DNA from: Nitrospirae bacterium GWF2_44_13
GTDB lineage: Bacteria; Nitrospirota; Thermodesulfovibrionia; Thermodesulfovibrionales; UBA1546
DNA: 64,000 bases
NCBI GenBank assembly: GCA_001805105.1
Contig: MHEE01000017.1
Span: forward strand, 24,131 to 88,130
Direction: 5' to 3'
How positions within the stretch are numbered: the stretch's first letter is position 1; the number at the start of each line of letters is the position of its first letter. The position numbers and the translations under genes were made by a program. Shown here in pieces: positions 1 through 8,514 of this stretch. Below the pieces are notes generated by a model. The model was not told where the DNA came from. It did no database searches and saw nothing but the letters and a program-made list of their open reading frames with translations.

Positions 1-21
1 ATACATGCTTGAGAGAAGAAG

Positions 22-1911
22 TTGAAACTCATTAAAAAAATAAAATCCCCTGATGACCTGAAAGCCCTGCCGGTTGAGGAACTGAACAAACTCTCCGAAG
101 AGTTGAGGGAGATAATAGTAGAACGCGTATCAATTAACGGCGGACATCTCGCGTCCAATCTCGGCACTATAGAGCTTACTCTGGCGCTTCATTATGTATT
201 CAATTCCCCTGTTGATAAGATTGTATGGGACGTAGGCCACCAGTCATACACGCATAAACTTATCACAGGGAGATATGAAAAATTTGAGACTATCAGAAAG
301 TATAAAGGCATTTCAGGGTTTCCCAAGATAGACGAGAGCGTTCATGACGCCTTCGGCACAGGGCACAGCTCAACATCAATATCAGCGGCATTAGGAATCA
401 TAGAGGCGCGTGATAAAAAAAACGAGACGTTTAAAGTTCTGGCTGTTATAGGCGACGGCGCAATGACTTCCGGGCTTGCGTTTGAGGGGCTGAACCACGC
501 CGGACATCTAAAAAAAGACCTCATCGTGGTGCTGAACGACAATGAAATGTCAATCTCAAAAAATGTAGGGGCCTTGTCTGCGTATCTAAACAGAATACTC
601 ACAGGAGACCTCTACCAGCGATTTAAAAAGCAGACGAAATCATTTCTTGAGGGCATTCCAAAGGTTGGAGGCCAGGTTACAAAAATTGCGCAGAAGGCAG
701 AAGAAACCTTGAAAGGGCTCTTTCTGCCGGGGATATTATTTGAAGAACTCGGGATTAACTATGTAGGCCCCATAGACGGACATGACATTAAACTGCTGAT
801 AGAGACCTTCAGGAATATCAAAAACTCGACAGAGCCGACATTAGTCCATGTCATCACCAAAAAAGGCAAAGGATATGAGTTCTCTGAAAAAGACCCCTGC
901 ATATTTCACGGGGTAGGGCCGTTTGAAATAGAAACAGGCTCTTCTGTAAGCGACACCAATGCCATTTCATACAGTGAAATATTCGGCAGTGCGCTTACAG
1001 GGCTTGCCGCAGAGGACAAAAGGGTCATTGCCATCTCAGCGGCAATGAGAGAAGGCACAGGGCTTGAATGTTTTGAAAAAAAATATCCCGACAGATTTTA
1101 CGACGTCGGCATAGCAGAGCCTCATGCAGTAACATTCGCCGCAGGGCTTGCGGTGCAGGGATTGAGGCCTGTAGTCGCAATATATTCCACTTTCCTTCAG
1201 CGCGGTTACGATGAGATAATCCACGATGTCTGCCTCCAGAACCTGCCTGTTGTATTTGCGATTGACAGGGCAGGGATAGTTGGAGAAGACGGCCCGACAC
1301 ATCAGGGAGTTTTTGACATTTCTTATTTAAGGCATATTCCTAATCTTACTGTCATGGCGCCAAAGAATGATTTGGAACTCAAAGCCATGCTTGAACTCGC
1401 TTTAAAACACAACGGGCCCTCGGCAATCAGGTATCCGAGAGGGAAAGTAAGTCGGAAGTCAGAAGTCGGAAGTCAGAAGTCGGAAGTTGAAATCGGGATG
1501 GCGGAAGTTTTAAAAGAAGGCTCTGATGCGGCTTTGATAGCAATAGGCAATGTTGTCCATCCTGCGCTTGCAGCTGCAGAGAGGCTTGAAAAAGATGGTA
1601 TAAAGGCATCAGTCATAAATGCAAGATTCATAAAACCGCTTGATAAGAAACTCTTCCTGAAAATTGCATCAAAGACAAAAAGGATAATTACAGTAGAGGA
1701 GAACATGATTGCAGGCGGTTTCGGAAGCGCAGTCCTTGAATATCTGAACAGCATGGATATTCCTGATATAAAGATTAAACTCCTCGGCATACCCGATGAA
1801 TTTGTAGAACAGGGCTCACAGGCTATATTAAGGAAGAAATACGGGATTGATGAAGAAGGGATTTATCAGGCCTGCAAGGCATTTCTCTCAACGCTTACGG
1901 CAGTTCGCTGA
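22..1911 (+). CDS. dxs: 1-deoxy-D-xylulose-5-phosphate synthase
   Basis: 629-aa ORF with a TTG start. N-terminus is typical of Dxs (GGHLASNLG). It has the ThDP motif GDGAMTSG...NDN and transketolase-like middle and C-terminal domains. Confidence 0.95.
   Translation: MKLIKKIKSPDDLKALPVEELNKLSEELREIIVERVSINGGHLASNLGTIELTLALHYVFNSPVDKIVWDVGHQSYTHKLITGRYEKFETIRKYKGISGFPKIDESVHDAFGTGHSSTSISAALGIIEARDKKNETFKVLAVIGDGAMTSGLAFEGLNHAGHLKKDLIVVLNDNEMSISKNVGALSAYLNRILTGDLYQRFKKQTKSFLEGIPKVGGQVTKIAQKAEETLKGLFLPGILFEELGINYVGPIDGHDIKLLIETFRNIKNSTEPTLVHVITKKGKGYEFSEKDPCIFHGVGPFEIETGSSVSDTNAISYSEIFGSALTGLAAEDKRVIAISAAMREGTGLECFEKKYPDRFYDVGIAEPHAVTFAAGLAVQGLRPVVAIYSTFLQRGYDEIIHDVCLQNLPVVFAIDRAGIVGEDGPTHQGVFDISYLRHIPNLTVMAPKNDLELKAMLELALKHNGPSAIRYPRGKVSRKSEVGSQKSEVEIGMAEVLKEGSDAALIAIGNVVHPALAAAERLEKDGIKASVINARFIKPLDKKLFLKIASKTKRIITVEENMIAGGFGSAVLEYLNSMDIPDIKIKLLGIPDEFVEQGSQAILRKKYGIDEEGIYQACKAFLSTLTAVR
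1451..1487. repeat. Tandem heptamer array (GTCGGAA/GTCAGAA alternating, 5 units) inside dxs
   Basis: Read directly: gtcggaa gtcagaa gtcggaa gtcagaa gtcggaa gt. It is translated in frame as SRKSEVGSQKSEV, in the variable loop after the conserved RYPRG. Confidence 0.9.
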
Positions 1912-2138
1912 GCATTAGTTGAGGTGCTGTATTTTGACAGAACTTCTTTAAGTGAGACTGCCTTGATTTTCCCTGACTGGTAGGCATTAACTCTATCTTC
2001 AGCCTCTTTACGCCAGAGAGCATCTATGTGTTCATCAGGCTGATCAAGGCTGGACAGAAGCTGATCTGCAAGATTTGCCCTTTCCATGACCGGCAATTCC
2101 AATGCCTCTTTTAATATCTGCTTTGTGTCTGTAGGCAT
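1866..2138 (-). CDS. Addiction-module antitoxin-like protein with no adjacent toxin
   Basis: 90-aa ORF. The pattern LELPVMERANLADQLLSSL...DALWRKEAEDRVNAYQSGK matches the 'putative addiction module component' antitoxin family. Its last ~15 codons run antisense into the 3' end of dxs. Confidence 0.6.
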   Translation of the reverse strand: MPTDTKQILKEALELPVMERANLADQLLSSLDQPDEHIDALWRKEAEDRVNAYQSGKIKAVSLKEVLSKYSTSTNAQRTAVSVERNALQA

Positions 2139-2195
2139 TTTACAACCTCCTTAATAGTCTATGACTTATTATTGCAATTATTGATTATTTTGTAA

Positions 2196-2251
2196 ACCTA
2201 ACATCTGAACTGTGCGAGGCAGCAAAAAAGAGTCCGCACGAAATGTTAGGC
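2196..2251 (+). mobile_element. Integron attC-like recombination site
   Basis: ACCTAAC-ATCTG-AACTGTGCGAG-(loop)-GTCCGCAC-GAAAT-GTTAGGC. The R'' box fits RYYYAAC and the R' box fits GTTRRRY. CCTAACAT pairs with ATGTTAGG (8 bp), GTGCG pairs with CGCAC, and there are unpaired spacers. Confidence 0.6.
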
Positions 2252-2417
2252 GCTGATATATTCATAAATTGTCTTTAACGGTCGCGTCTCCCTTTATTCT
2301 TTCCCGTCCCCGTTATTTCTTCTTGCTTATGTTATATTGCAAGACCTGACCCCATTTACCACCATTTACCATTTAGCAAGGACTATCCGTCTGCACGAGT
2401 GATTTGTTAGATGTTGC

Positions 2418-2837
2418 CTATTTCCTTGAGCTATTCTTATGCAACTCAGCAAGTATTTTCCAAATGCATTTGTCAAAACGATTCTTAACGTTATATTCCC
2501 ATAATCTAATAACGCCCCATCTACCTTTTTTTAAAATACGATTAACGTCTTTATCGCGCTTTCGGTTACGCGCAATTTTAGCGCACCAATATGCAATATT
2601 TGTTTGCGGCATAATACATCGCTTAGGGTGGCCGTGCCAAAAGTCAGAATCTATAAACACTGCAATTTTCTTTCTCCTGAAGACAATATCTGGGTTTCCA
2701 GTTATAGATTCGGCATGACTTGCGAAATAGATTTTTCTTCTTTTTAATTCACGCATTATCAAACGCTCCGGCTTAGTTCCAGCCGAACGGATATTTTGCA
2801 TGTTTTTGCGGCGTTGCTCTTTGGTAAGATTATCCAT
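2418..2837 (-). CDS. vsr: Very short patch repair endonuclease (T:G mismatch, m5C-associated)
   Basis: From the internal Met: MDNLTKEQRRKNMQNIRSAGTKPE...GNPDIVF...FWHGH, a typical Vsr signature. Its ATG overlaps the stop of the upstream nuclease gene (ATGGATAA). Confidence 0.85.
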   Translation of the reverse strand: MDNLTKEQRRKNMQNIRSAGTKPERLIMRELKRRKIYFASHAESITGNPDIVFRRKKIAVFIDSDFWHGHPKRCIMPQTNIAYWCAKIARNRKRDKDVNRILKKGRWGVIRLWEYNVKNRFDKCIWKILAELHKNSSRK

Positions 2838-3840
2838 TGCTGGCAGGAACAGAAAAATCCATGAAATAAGTTTCATCGTCGATTTTGTAAAAATCAACAT
2901 TGGTGCGGCCATACCTTAAAAGGTCATCTTTTGTTACAAAAGCACCATTTGGAAGTCCAAGCCGATGTCTAAAGTACTCACCGATGAGACTGTTGTTATG
3001 AGGAGTCTCAATGGCATGTCCACGTTCATCTTTTTGTGCACGCGTGCAAATCAGAGTTTTATTATCATCTGTTAAGACAGTAAAATGCGCCGAACGGAGA
3101 GGAAAGAAATTGCTTTTATATACTTCTGGGCGGAGTTGTATATATGCTTCGTTTTTATTTCTGCTTGAAACCCCATCTTGACGGAACCCCCAGTTAATGC
3201 CTGCCGTTTTTTGAACATTGCCTTCTCTGTCAAGTAGTGATACGCTGACAGCCGGTAATCCTTGAAGGTCTGGTTTTTCAGATGATATAAGTTGCAACCC
3301 TTCTTTTTCGAGCTGTTCTTTTTTCCTGCGGGCATAATATGTATCACGGTAAATTTCAATATAATTTTCTATTTCAACATGAGTGCAGTAAATCGAGTCG
3401 GATATTAAACTCTGGAAATAATCAAAACCAAGTTTAGGGTCACATGAAATTAGTAACTCTCGCTGAGATTTACTAAAAGCATTCTGCGTGTAATTTGCTG
3501 AGCCTATAAAACCGATGACCGGCTTTTCGCCTTGAAACCATGCATATGCTTTTGAATGCACCTGCGGGGAATTAACAATGTAGCTGCATTCAAAATAATC
3601 AGGGAAATCAACGCTGGCAAGTTGCTGAAACGCCTTATGATTGCTTAAAGACAATCCGTCATATGGACACATCCCCACAATAAGATTAATTTTGATTTGC
3701 TTTTCGTGATTTTTCTTTAAAGACTCAAAATGGTGAAAGGTCATAGCCGCAGTTGCATACCCAGAAACAACATAGAGAGTATCAGCTCCGTTTTTAACAG
3801 GGTCAATAAGAACTTTGTCGAAAAGATTTTTTGTAATCAT
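2830..3840 (-). CDS. PLD-superfamily type II restriction endonuclease (NgoFVII/BfiI-like)
   Basis: 336-aa ORF with a single HKD-type motif (VHSKAYAW...GSANYT). It lies between a C5-methyltransferase and vsr in one operon. Confidence 0.75.
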   Translation of the reverse strand: MITKNLFDKVLIDPVKNGADTLYVVSGYATAAMTFHHFESLKKNHEKQIKINLIVGMCPYDGLSLSNHKAFQQLASVDFPDYFECSYIVNSPQVHSKAYAWFQGEKPVIGFIGSANYTQNAFSKSQRELLISCDPKLGFDYFQSLISDSIYCTHVEIENYIEIYRDTYYARRKKEQLEKEGLQLISSEKPDLQGLPAVSVSLLDREGNVQKTAGINWGFRQDGVSSRNKNEAYIQLRPEVYKSNFFPLRSAHFTVLTDDNKTLICTRAQKDERGHAIETPHNNSLIGEYFRHRLGLPNGAFVTKDDLLRYGRTNVDFYKIDDETYFMDFSVPASNG

Positions 3841-3852
3841 TCGTATAGTGTT

Positions 3853-4986
3853 TTAACAAACAACATATTCTTCTTGTTCCTCAAGCAATACCGTCTGATA
3901 TGAATCAATCCTGCTGTCATATGCGCTGTTTTTGATATTGTTTTCTGTTTTAGAATAATCAATACCGGCAAAACTTTTCAGAACTGCTTCAAAAACAAAC
4001 GTAACGCCTAATGGCGGCACCGCCATGCCTATTTGTTTTCTAACGCTTTCTTTAGAACCTGAAAAAATATAATTATCAGGGAATGTCTGTAATCTGGAGC
4101 GCTCTCGGTTAGTTAATGCCCTATTTTCTTTCCAATGGTAAACGTGTGTTCCGCCGCCGCCGCTTCCGGTTACTGTATAAGCGGGCTTGTCAGGGTCAAG
4201 CCTTTTATAAATTTGGCTTATTTTTGCTCCTTTAACATTCAGCCTCAACTTTTCAGGCAAAACGGCGGTAAAAGCATTTTCTCCCGGCTTTATAAATTGC
4301 AGGCGGTCAATAACCTGTTGGGATTGTTTGGTTAATTCATTGTTCGAAGCATCTTTAGGTATCGGCGGTTTTTCGATAGCCGCTCTGCAAGTAACAGGCG
4401 TGATATGCGTTGGTGCAGGTACATAAAAATTTATATTTATGTCGTTGCGGATTCCGATGATTATTATTCTATGTCTTGCTTGCGGTACGCCGTATTGTTC
4501 AAATTTATAGAGATGCGGCGTAATGATATAGCCTGCCTGTTGCAATTCATGCAGTATTTTGTCTAATGCTTTTCCATCATTGGCATTTCTTAATCCCCCG
4601 ACATTTTCGGCAAGAAAAAATTTAGGCTGGAAAACACTTAGTGCTTTAACGCTGTATGAGTACAACGGGCCATAAATTCCATCCATGCCTTTCTGCTCGC
4701 CGACCATACTATAGTCGTTGCATGGAAAACCAAAGGCCAAAGCATCTATATCGGATATGTTTTTTAATTTTCTGAAATTAAGTTTTCTAATGTCACAGCA
4801 AACAACAGACTTTGGATTGTCGGGGCAGATATTATTTCGGTAAGTAGCACATGTGTCCTTATCATAATCTGTAGCCCAAGCATGAGAAATAGAGAACGTT
4901 TGCCCACCTGCAACAACCTTTGCTGACTTAGCGCCAAGAGCTAACCCGCCCGGACCGCTGAATAATTCACCAAATCTAAAATTCAT
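3853..4986 (-). CDS. dcm: DNA (cytosine-5)-methyltransferase
   Basis: Motif I FSGPGG, motif IV GFPCNDYS, motif VI ENVGGL, motif VIII QARHRIIIIG, motif IX RERSRLQTFPD and motif X GMAVPP. Confidence 0.95.
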   Translation of the reverse strand: MNFRFGELFSGPGGLALGAKSAKVVAGGQTFSISHAWATDYDKDTCATYRNNICPDNPKSVVCCDIRKLNFRKLKNISDIDALAFGFPCNDYSMVGEQKGMDGIYGPLYSYSVKALSVFQPKFFLAENVGGLRNANDGKALDKILHELQQAGYIITPHLYKFEQYGVPQARHRIIIIGIRNDININFYVPAPTHITPVTCRAAIEKPPIPKDASNNELTKQSQQVIDRLQFIKPGENAFTAVLPEKLRLNVKGAKISQIYKRLDPDKPAYTVTGSGGGGTHVYHWKENRALTNRERSRLQTFPDNYIFSGSKESVRKQIGMAVPPLGVTFVFEAVLKSFAGIDYSKTENNIKNSAYDSRIDSYQTVLLEEQEEYVVC

Positions 4987-5189
4987 ATTTACTCAATTAT
5001 ACAATTTCTACAGACATTATTTAAATGCTTTAAGCTTAAAAAAAATTTGCGCCTGTCTTTTTTTATGTTGCCTACATGGTTAGCATGATTATATAAAGCG
5101 GCACATGGACTGTCAAGGATTGTTTTTACCGCAATTTTTATCTCGTCTATACAGTATAATTAATGAATTACCATGCGGCAGAAACAGCA

Positions 5190-5284
5190 GGGAATCTGAA
5201 GGTTGAATCGTTGTTTTATTGTCATTCCCGCTCGTCGGGAATCCTTCAGAAAGATTCTGGACAAGCCAGAATGACAGACAATAA
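5190..5284. repeat. Nested palindromic element (two hairpins inside an outer stem)
   Basis: ATTCCCG-ctcgt-CGGGAAT and ATTCTGG-acaag-CCAGAAT are enclosed by TTATTGTCATTC...GAATGACAgaCAATAA. In addition, CTGAAGG pairs with CCTTCAG. It lies between the R-M operon and tlyA. Confidence 0.7.
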
Positions 5285-5304
5285 AGTAACCTTGTGACAA
5301 AACT

Positions 5305-6036
5305 ATGAAAGACAGGCTTGACAAGATACTGGTTGACAGCGGGCTGGTAAAAAGCAGGGAGCGTGCAAGGGCTTTGATAATGGAAGGCAATGTTCTGGTT
5401 GACGGCTCTCCTGTTACAAAAGCTGGCGCTATGATAAACAGCGCCTCCTCAATAACTCTGAAGTCAGCGGACATCCCCTATGTAAGCAGGGGAGGGTTAA
5501 AACTCAAAGCTGCCATAGATTTTTTCAGCATAGACTTAAAAGATAAAATTGCAATGGACGTCGGCTCATCAACAGGCGGTTTTACAGACTGCATGCTCCA
5601 GATGGGAGCTGAAAAAATATATTGCATTGATGTGGGCTACGGACAAATCGCATGGTCTTTAAGAAATGATCCGAGGGTTATTCTTCTTGAAAGAACCAAT
5701 ATCAGGCATCTTGAACGGAAAAGGATTCCGGATATTATTGACATCGCTACGATTGACGTTTCATTCATATCTCTTACAAAGGTTATACCCAAAGTGTTAG
5801 AATTCCTGAAAGAGGACGGCGAAATACTTGCGCTTGTAAAACCTCAGTTTGAAGTCGGCAAAGGAGAGGTAGGCAAGGGCGGCATTGTGAGAGAAGAAGA
5901 AAAAAGGCTTGCGGCAGTTGCCTCTGTGAGAGCAGAGATTGAAACTGCCGGACTGCACACTATAGGCGTGTTTGAATCGCCTGTCAGAGGACAGAAAGGC
6001 AATATAGAATATTTCCTGTATTTGAAGAAGGAATAA
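5305..6036 (+). CDS. tlyA: TlyA-family rRNA (cytidine-2'-O)-methyltransferase
   Basis: N-terminal S4 domain (RLDKILVDSGLVKSRERA) followed by an FtsJ-like SAM methyltransferase (DVGSSTGGFTD). Confidence 0.9.
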   Translation: MKDRLDKILVDSGLVKSRERARALIMEGNVLVDGSPVTKAGAMINSASSITLKSADIPYVSRGGLKLKAAIDFFSIDLKDKIAMDVGSSTGGFTDCMLQMGAEKIYCIDVGYGQIAWSLRNDPRVILLERTNIRHLERKRIPDIIDIATIDVSFISLTKVIPKVLEFLKEDGEILALVKPQFEVGKGEVGKGGIVREEEKRLAAVASVRAEIETAGLHTIGVFESPVRGQKGNIEYFLYLKKE

Positions 6037-6041
6037 GCGGA

Positions 6042-6716
6042 ATGGAAGAACAGAAAGGCATAGGCGTTGACCTCGCCATAGCGTCAAAGGAAATGATAGA
6101 GGCGCTGATTTCAGAGTCCGGAGAGCCGTCTCTGTTTGAGGAGGTTTTAAAGGCAAATACCCAGAGGCACGACATCTTGAAGGTGTTGGCTGAAAGCCCT
6201 TACACGCCTGAAAACATCAGGGAGGATGCTGCAAAAATCTTACAGATTCCCATAGAAGTATCCGCACTCCTTGAAGAAACAGAAGAGGCCGCTGAACAGC
6301 GCACTCAAACCCTTCTCCAGAAAGTGCAGGGACTGACTGTGGCTGAGAAGAGACTGCTTGCAATGAGAGGCGGGCGCGAGGCAAGGTCCATTCTCATAAA
6401 AGATACAAACAAGCAGATAGTCATGGCGGTTCTTGATAACCCGAAGATAAAAGAACCGGAGATAGAGATGTTTGCGCGTTCCCGCTCTATCCCTGATGAA
6501 GCGCTGCGGGCGATTACGAGAACTAAAGAATGGATGAAAAATTACGGAGTGCTTCTTGCAGTCGTAACCAATCCAAAAACACCTGCAGGAGTGGCTGTGC
6601 CGCTTTTGTTCAATTTAAAACTAAGAGACCTCATGTCTCTTGAAAAGAACAGGAATGTCGCGGAGGTAATCCGCACAACTGCCAAAAAACTTGTTCAGGC
6701 AAGAAAAGGGCATTGA
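6042..6716 (+). CDS. Conserved hypothetical protein (helical repeat)
   Basis: 224-aa ORF tightly packed after tlyA. I recognise no motif in it. Confidence 0.55.
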   Translation: MEEQKGIGVDLAIASKEMIEALISESGEPSLFEEVLKANTQRHDILKVLAESPYTPENIREDAAKILQIPIEVSALLEETEEAAEQRTQTLLQKVQGLTVAEKRLLAMRGGREARSILIKDTNKQIVMAVLDNPKIKEPEIEMFARSRSIPDEALRAITRTKEWMKNYGVLLAVVTNPKTPAGVAVPLLFNLKLRDLMSLEKNRNVAEVIRTTAKKLVQARKGH

Positions 6717-6815
6717 ATCAGTGGAAGAAAGAAGGGTTTTAATTTATAATAATGACACTTATTAATTTTAAATTTTTATTTTTAATCTTTTAACTTTAAA
6801 ATAGGAGAGGCGCTT

Positions 6816-7442
6816 ATGCAACACTCTGCAATACAATTAATTCTTCAGGCAGGCTATGTGGTTAAAGTGGTATTGCTTATCCTGCTGTTTTTTTCTGTCG
6901 TATCATGGGCCATCATTTTTTATAAATACCGCTACCTTTCAAGGGCTAACAAAGAGACAGACGTATTCCTGCGCTCCTACAGGGCAGGCCGCGACCTGAA
7001 AGGGCTTTTGGCTGCCGCCCGAGCGTTTAATCTCAGCCCTCTGGCAAATATATTTAAATTTACATCTTCAGAAAATATAGTCGATAAGGCTGAGATTAAA
7101 CGCTCTCTCAGAAGATTCTCAGCGCTTGAGTCAGCAAAGCTCGAGAAATACCTCAGTTTCCTCGCAACCACAGGTTCTACCACGCCGTTCATCGGACTGT
7201 TCGGAACTGTATGGGGAATAATGAATGCCTTCAGAGGGATAGGCGCAGCAGGCTCGGCGTCTTTGGCAGTCGTTGCTCCGGGCATTGCAGAGGCATTGAT
7301 TACAACAGCCGCCGGACTTGCAGCGGCAATCCCTGCTGTAATCGCCTATAACTATTATCTGAGCAGGGCGCGGGGGTTGATTATAGAGATGGAGGACTTC
7401 TCAGAAGAACTCCTGGACTTTTTTTCTAAGGGAACGGAATGA
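6816..7442 (+). CDS. tolQ: TolQ (MotA/TolQ/ExbB proton channel)
   Basis: Three TM segments and a conserved C-terminal TolQ/ExbB core (PFIGLFGTVWGIM...AEALITTAAGL). It is the first gene of the tol-pal cluster. Confidence 0.9.
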   Translation: MQHSAIQLILQAGYVVKVVLLILLFFSVVSWAIIFYKYRYLSRANKETDVFLRSYRAGRDLKGLLAAARAFNLSPLANIFKFTSSENIVDKAEIKRSLRRFSALESAKLEKYLSFLATTGSTTPFIGLFGTVWGIMNAFRGIGAAGSASLAVVAPGIAEALITTAAGLAAAIPAVIAYNYYLSRARGLIIEMEDFSEELLDFFSKGTE

Positions 7443-7846
7443 AGGCTGACAGAAACAGAGGCGTGCTTTCAGAGATAAATGTAACGCCCTTCGTGGACGT
7501 AATGCTCGTGCTGCTCATAATCTTTATGGTGACAGCGCCATTGCTCCAGCAGGGCATTGACGTAAATCTTCCACAGGCAAAAGGCAAAGACCTGCCCCCC
7601 GAAGAAAGAATAACGCTCATTGTAAAAAGAGGCGGCGTTATTTTTATGAATGACAAACCTATGCCTATGTCTGAGATAAAGCAGAAGCTTACGGCAATCA
7701 GCAAATTAAATCCGAATGTCTTTCTTAAGGCGGACAAGGATGTGCCCTACGGCTTTGTTGTTCAAGTGATGAGCGACATAAAGGAGGCAGGGATAGAGAA
7801 ACTCGGGATGATAACCGAACCCAAGATAAACATAGAAGGGAAATGA
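7439..7846 (+). CDS. tolR: TolR (ExbD/TolR)
   Basis: EINVTPFVDVMLVLLIIFMV TM anchor. ATGA overlap with tolQ. Confidence 0.9.
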   Translation: MKADRNRGVLSEINVTPFVDVMLVLLIIFMVTAPLLQQGIDVNLPQAKGKDLPPEERITLIVKRGGVIFMNDKPMPMSEIKQKLTAISKLNPNVFLKADKDVPYGFVVQVMSDIKEAGIEKLGMITEPKINIEGK

Positions 7847-8514
7847 AGGAACCAAGCCTTCCAGTTACGGCATTCTTCTCTTTTTTGCTTCACGTGACTT
7901 TTATCTTTACAGCACTGATAACAATTAAAAATGCAACCCGCTTCACTCTGCCCTCTGCGTATATTGTAAGCCTTGTCAGCACTGAAGTCAGCGGACAGCC
8001 CCGAGCCGCTCGGGGGACAGCCGTTCAGCCGGACGAGCCTGAACAAAAAATGCAACTGCCTTCAGAGCCTTCAAAAGACAAAGCCTCAGAGGACGCAAAA
8101 CAATATAGCTCGGACAGAATAGCAGCGTTAGAGGCAACAAGAAAGGCAAAGCACATTGTTAAGCTGAGAAACATGGTTTCTATCAAGGGCGCTGACAAGC
8201 AAGGGAAAGATGCAAAAGAAATCGCTCCTCCTTTAAAAAATGGCGGCAATGAAACTTCAATATTAGAAGGTTATTCTAAGAGGATAGGAAAAGAGATAAG
8301 GCAGCGCTGGGCCTTCCCCGAGGCATGGGGGGAAAACCTTGAGGCAGTAATATCGGTAACTATAATGTCGAACGGGACTGTTAAGATAAACAGTGTCGAA
8401 AAAAGCTCGGGCAATGTCCTCTTTGACCGCTCTGTCCTTCGAGCCATTAATAAAGCAAGCCCTGTTTCTCCTCCTCCGCATGAGATGGAGATAGGATTGA
8501 GGTTTACGCCATGA
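7843..8514 (+). CDS. tolA: TolA/TonB-like energy transducer
   Basis: N-terminal TM segment, a charged linker and a TonB_C-like C-terminal domain. Its position between tolR and tolB supports the call. Confidence 0.7.
   Translation: MKEPSLPVTAFFSFLLHVTFIFTALITIKNATRFTLPSAYIVSLVSTEVSGQPRAARGTAVQPDEPEQKMQLPSEPSKDKASEDAKQYSSDRIAALEATRKAKHIVKLRNMVSIKGADKQGKDAKEIAPPLKNGGNETSILEGYSKRIGKEIRQRWAFPEAWGENLEAVISVTIMSNGTVKINSVEKSSGNVLFDRSVLRAINKASPVSPPPHEMEIGLRFTP

Noticed and set aside
2350-2378. The CCATTTACC-type short tandem repeat downstream of vsr considered as a further member of the in-frame repeat families
   Set aside because: It has only 2-3 irregular units, is intergenic, and has no sequence match to the other families. 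It is noted but not interpretable.
2404-2718. The 104-aa plus-strand ORF antisense to vsr, and the many similar antisense ORFs in the track (for example 342-602, 12383-12763, 38860-39390, 41805-42329, 54614-55150)
   Set aside because: All of them lie entirely inside, and antisense to, long ORFs with clear family motifs. They are shadow ORFs.
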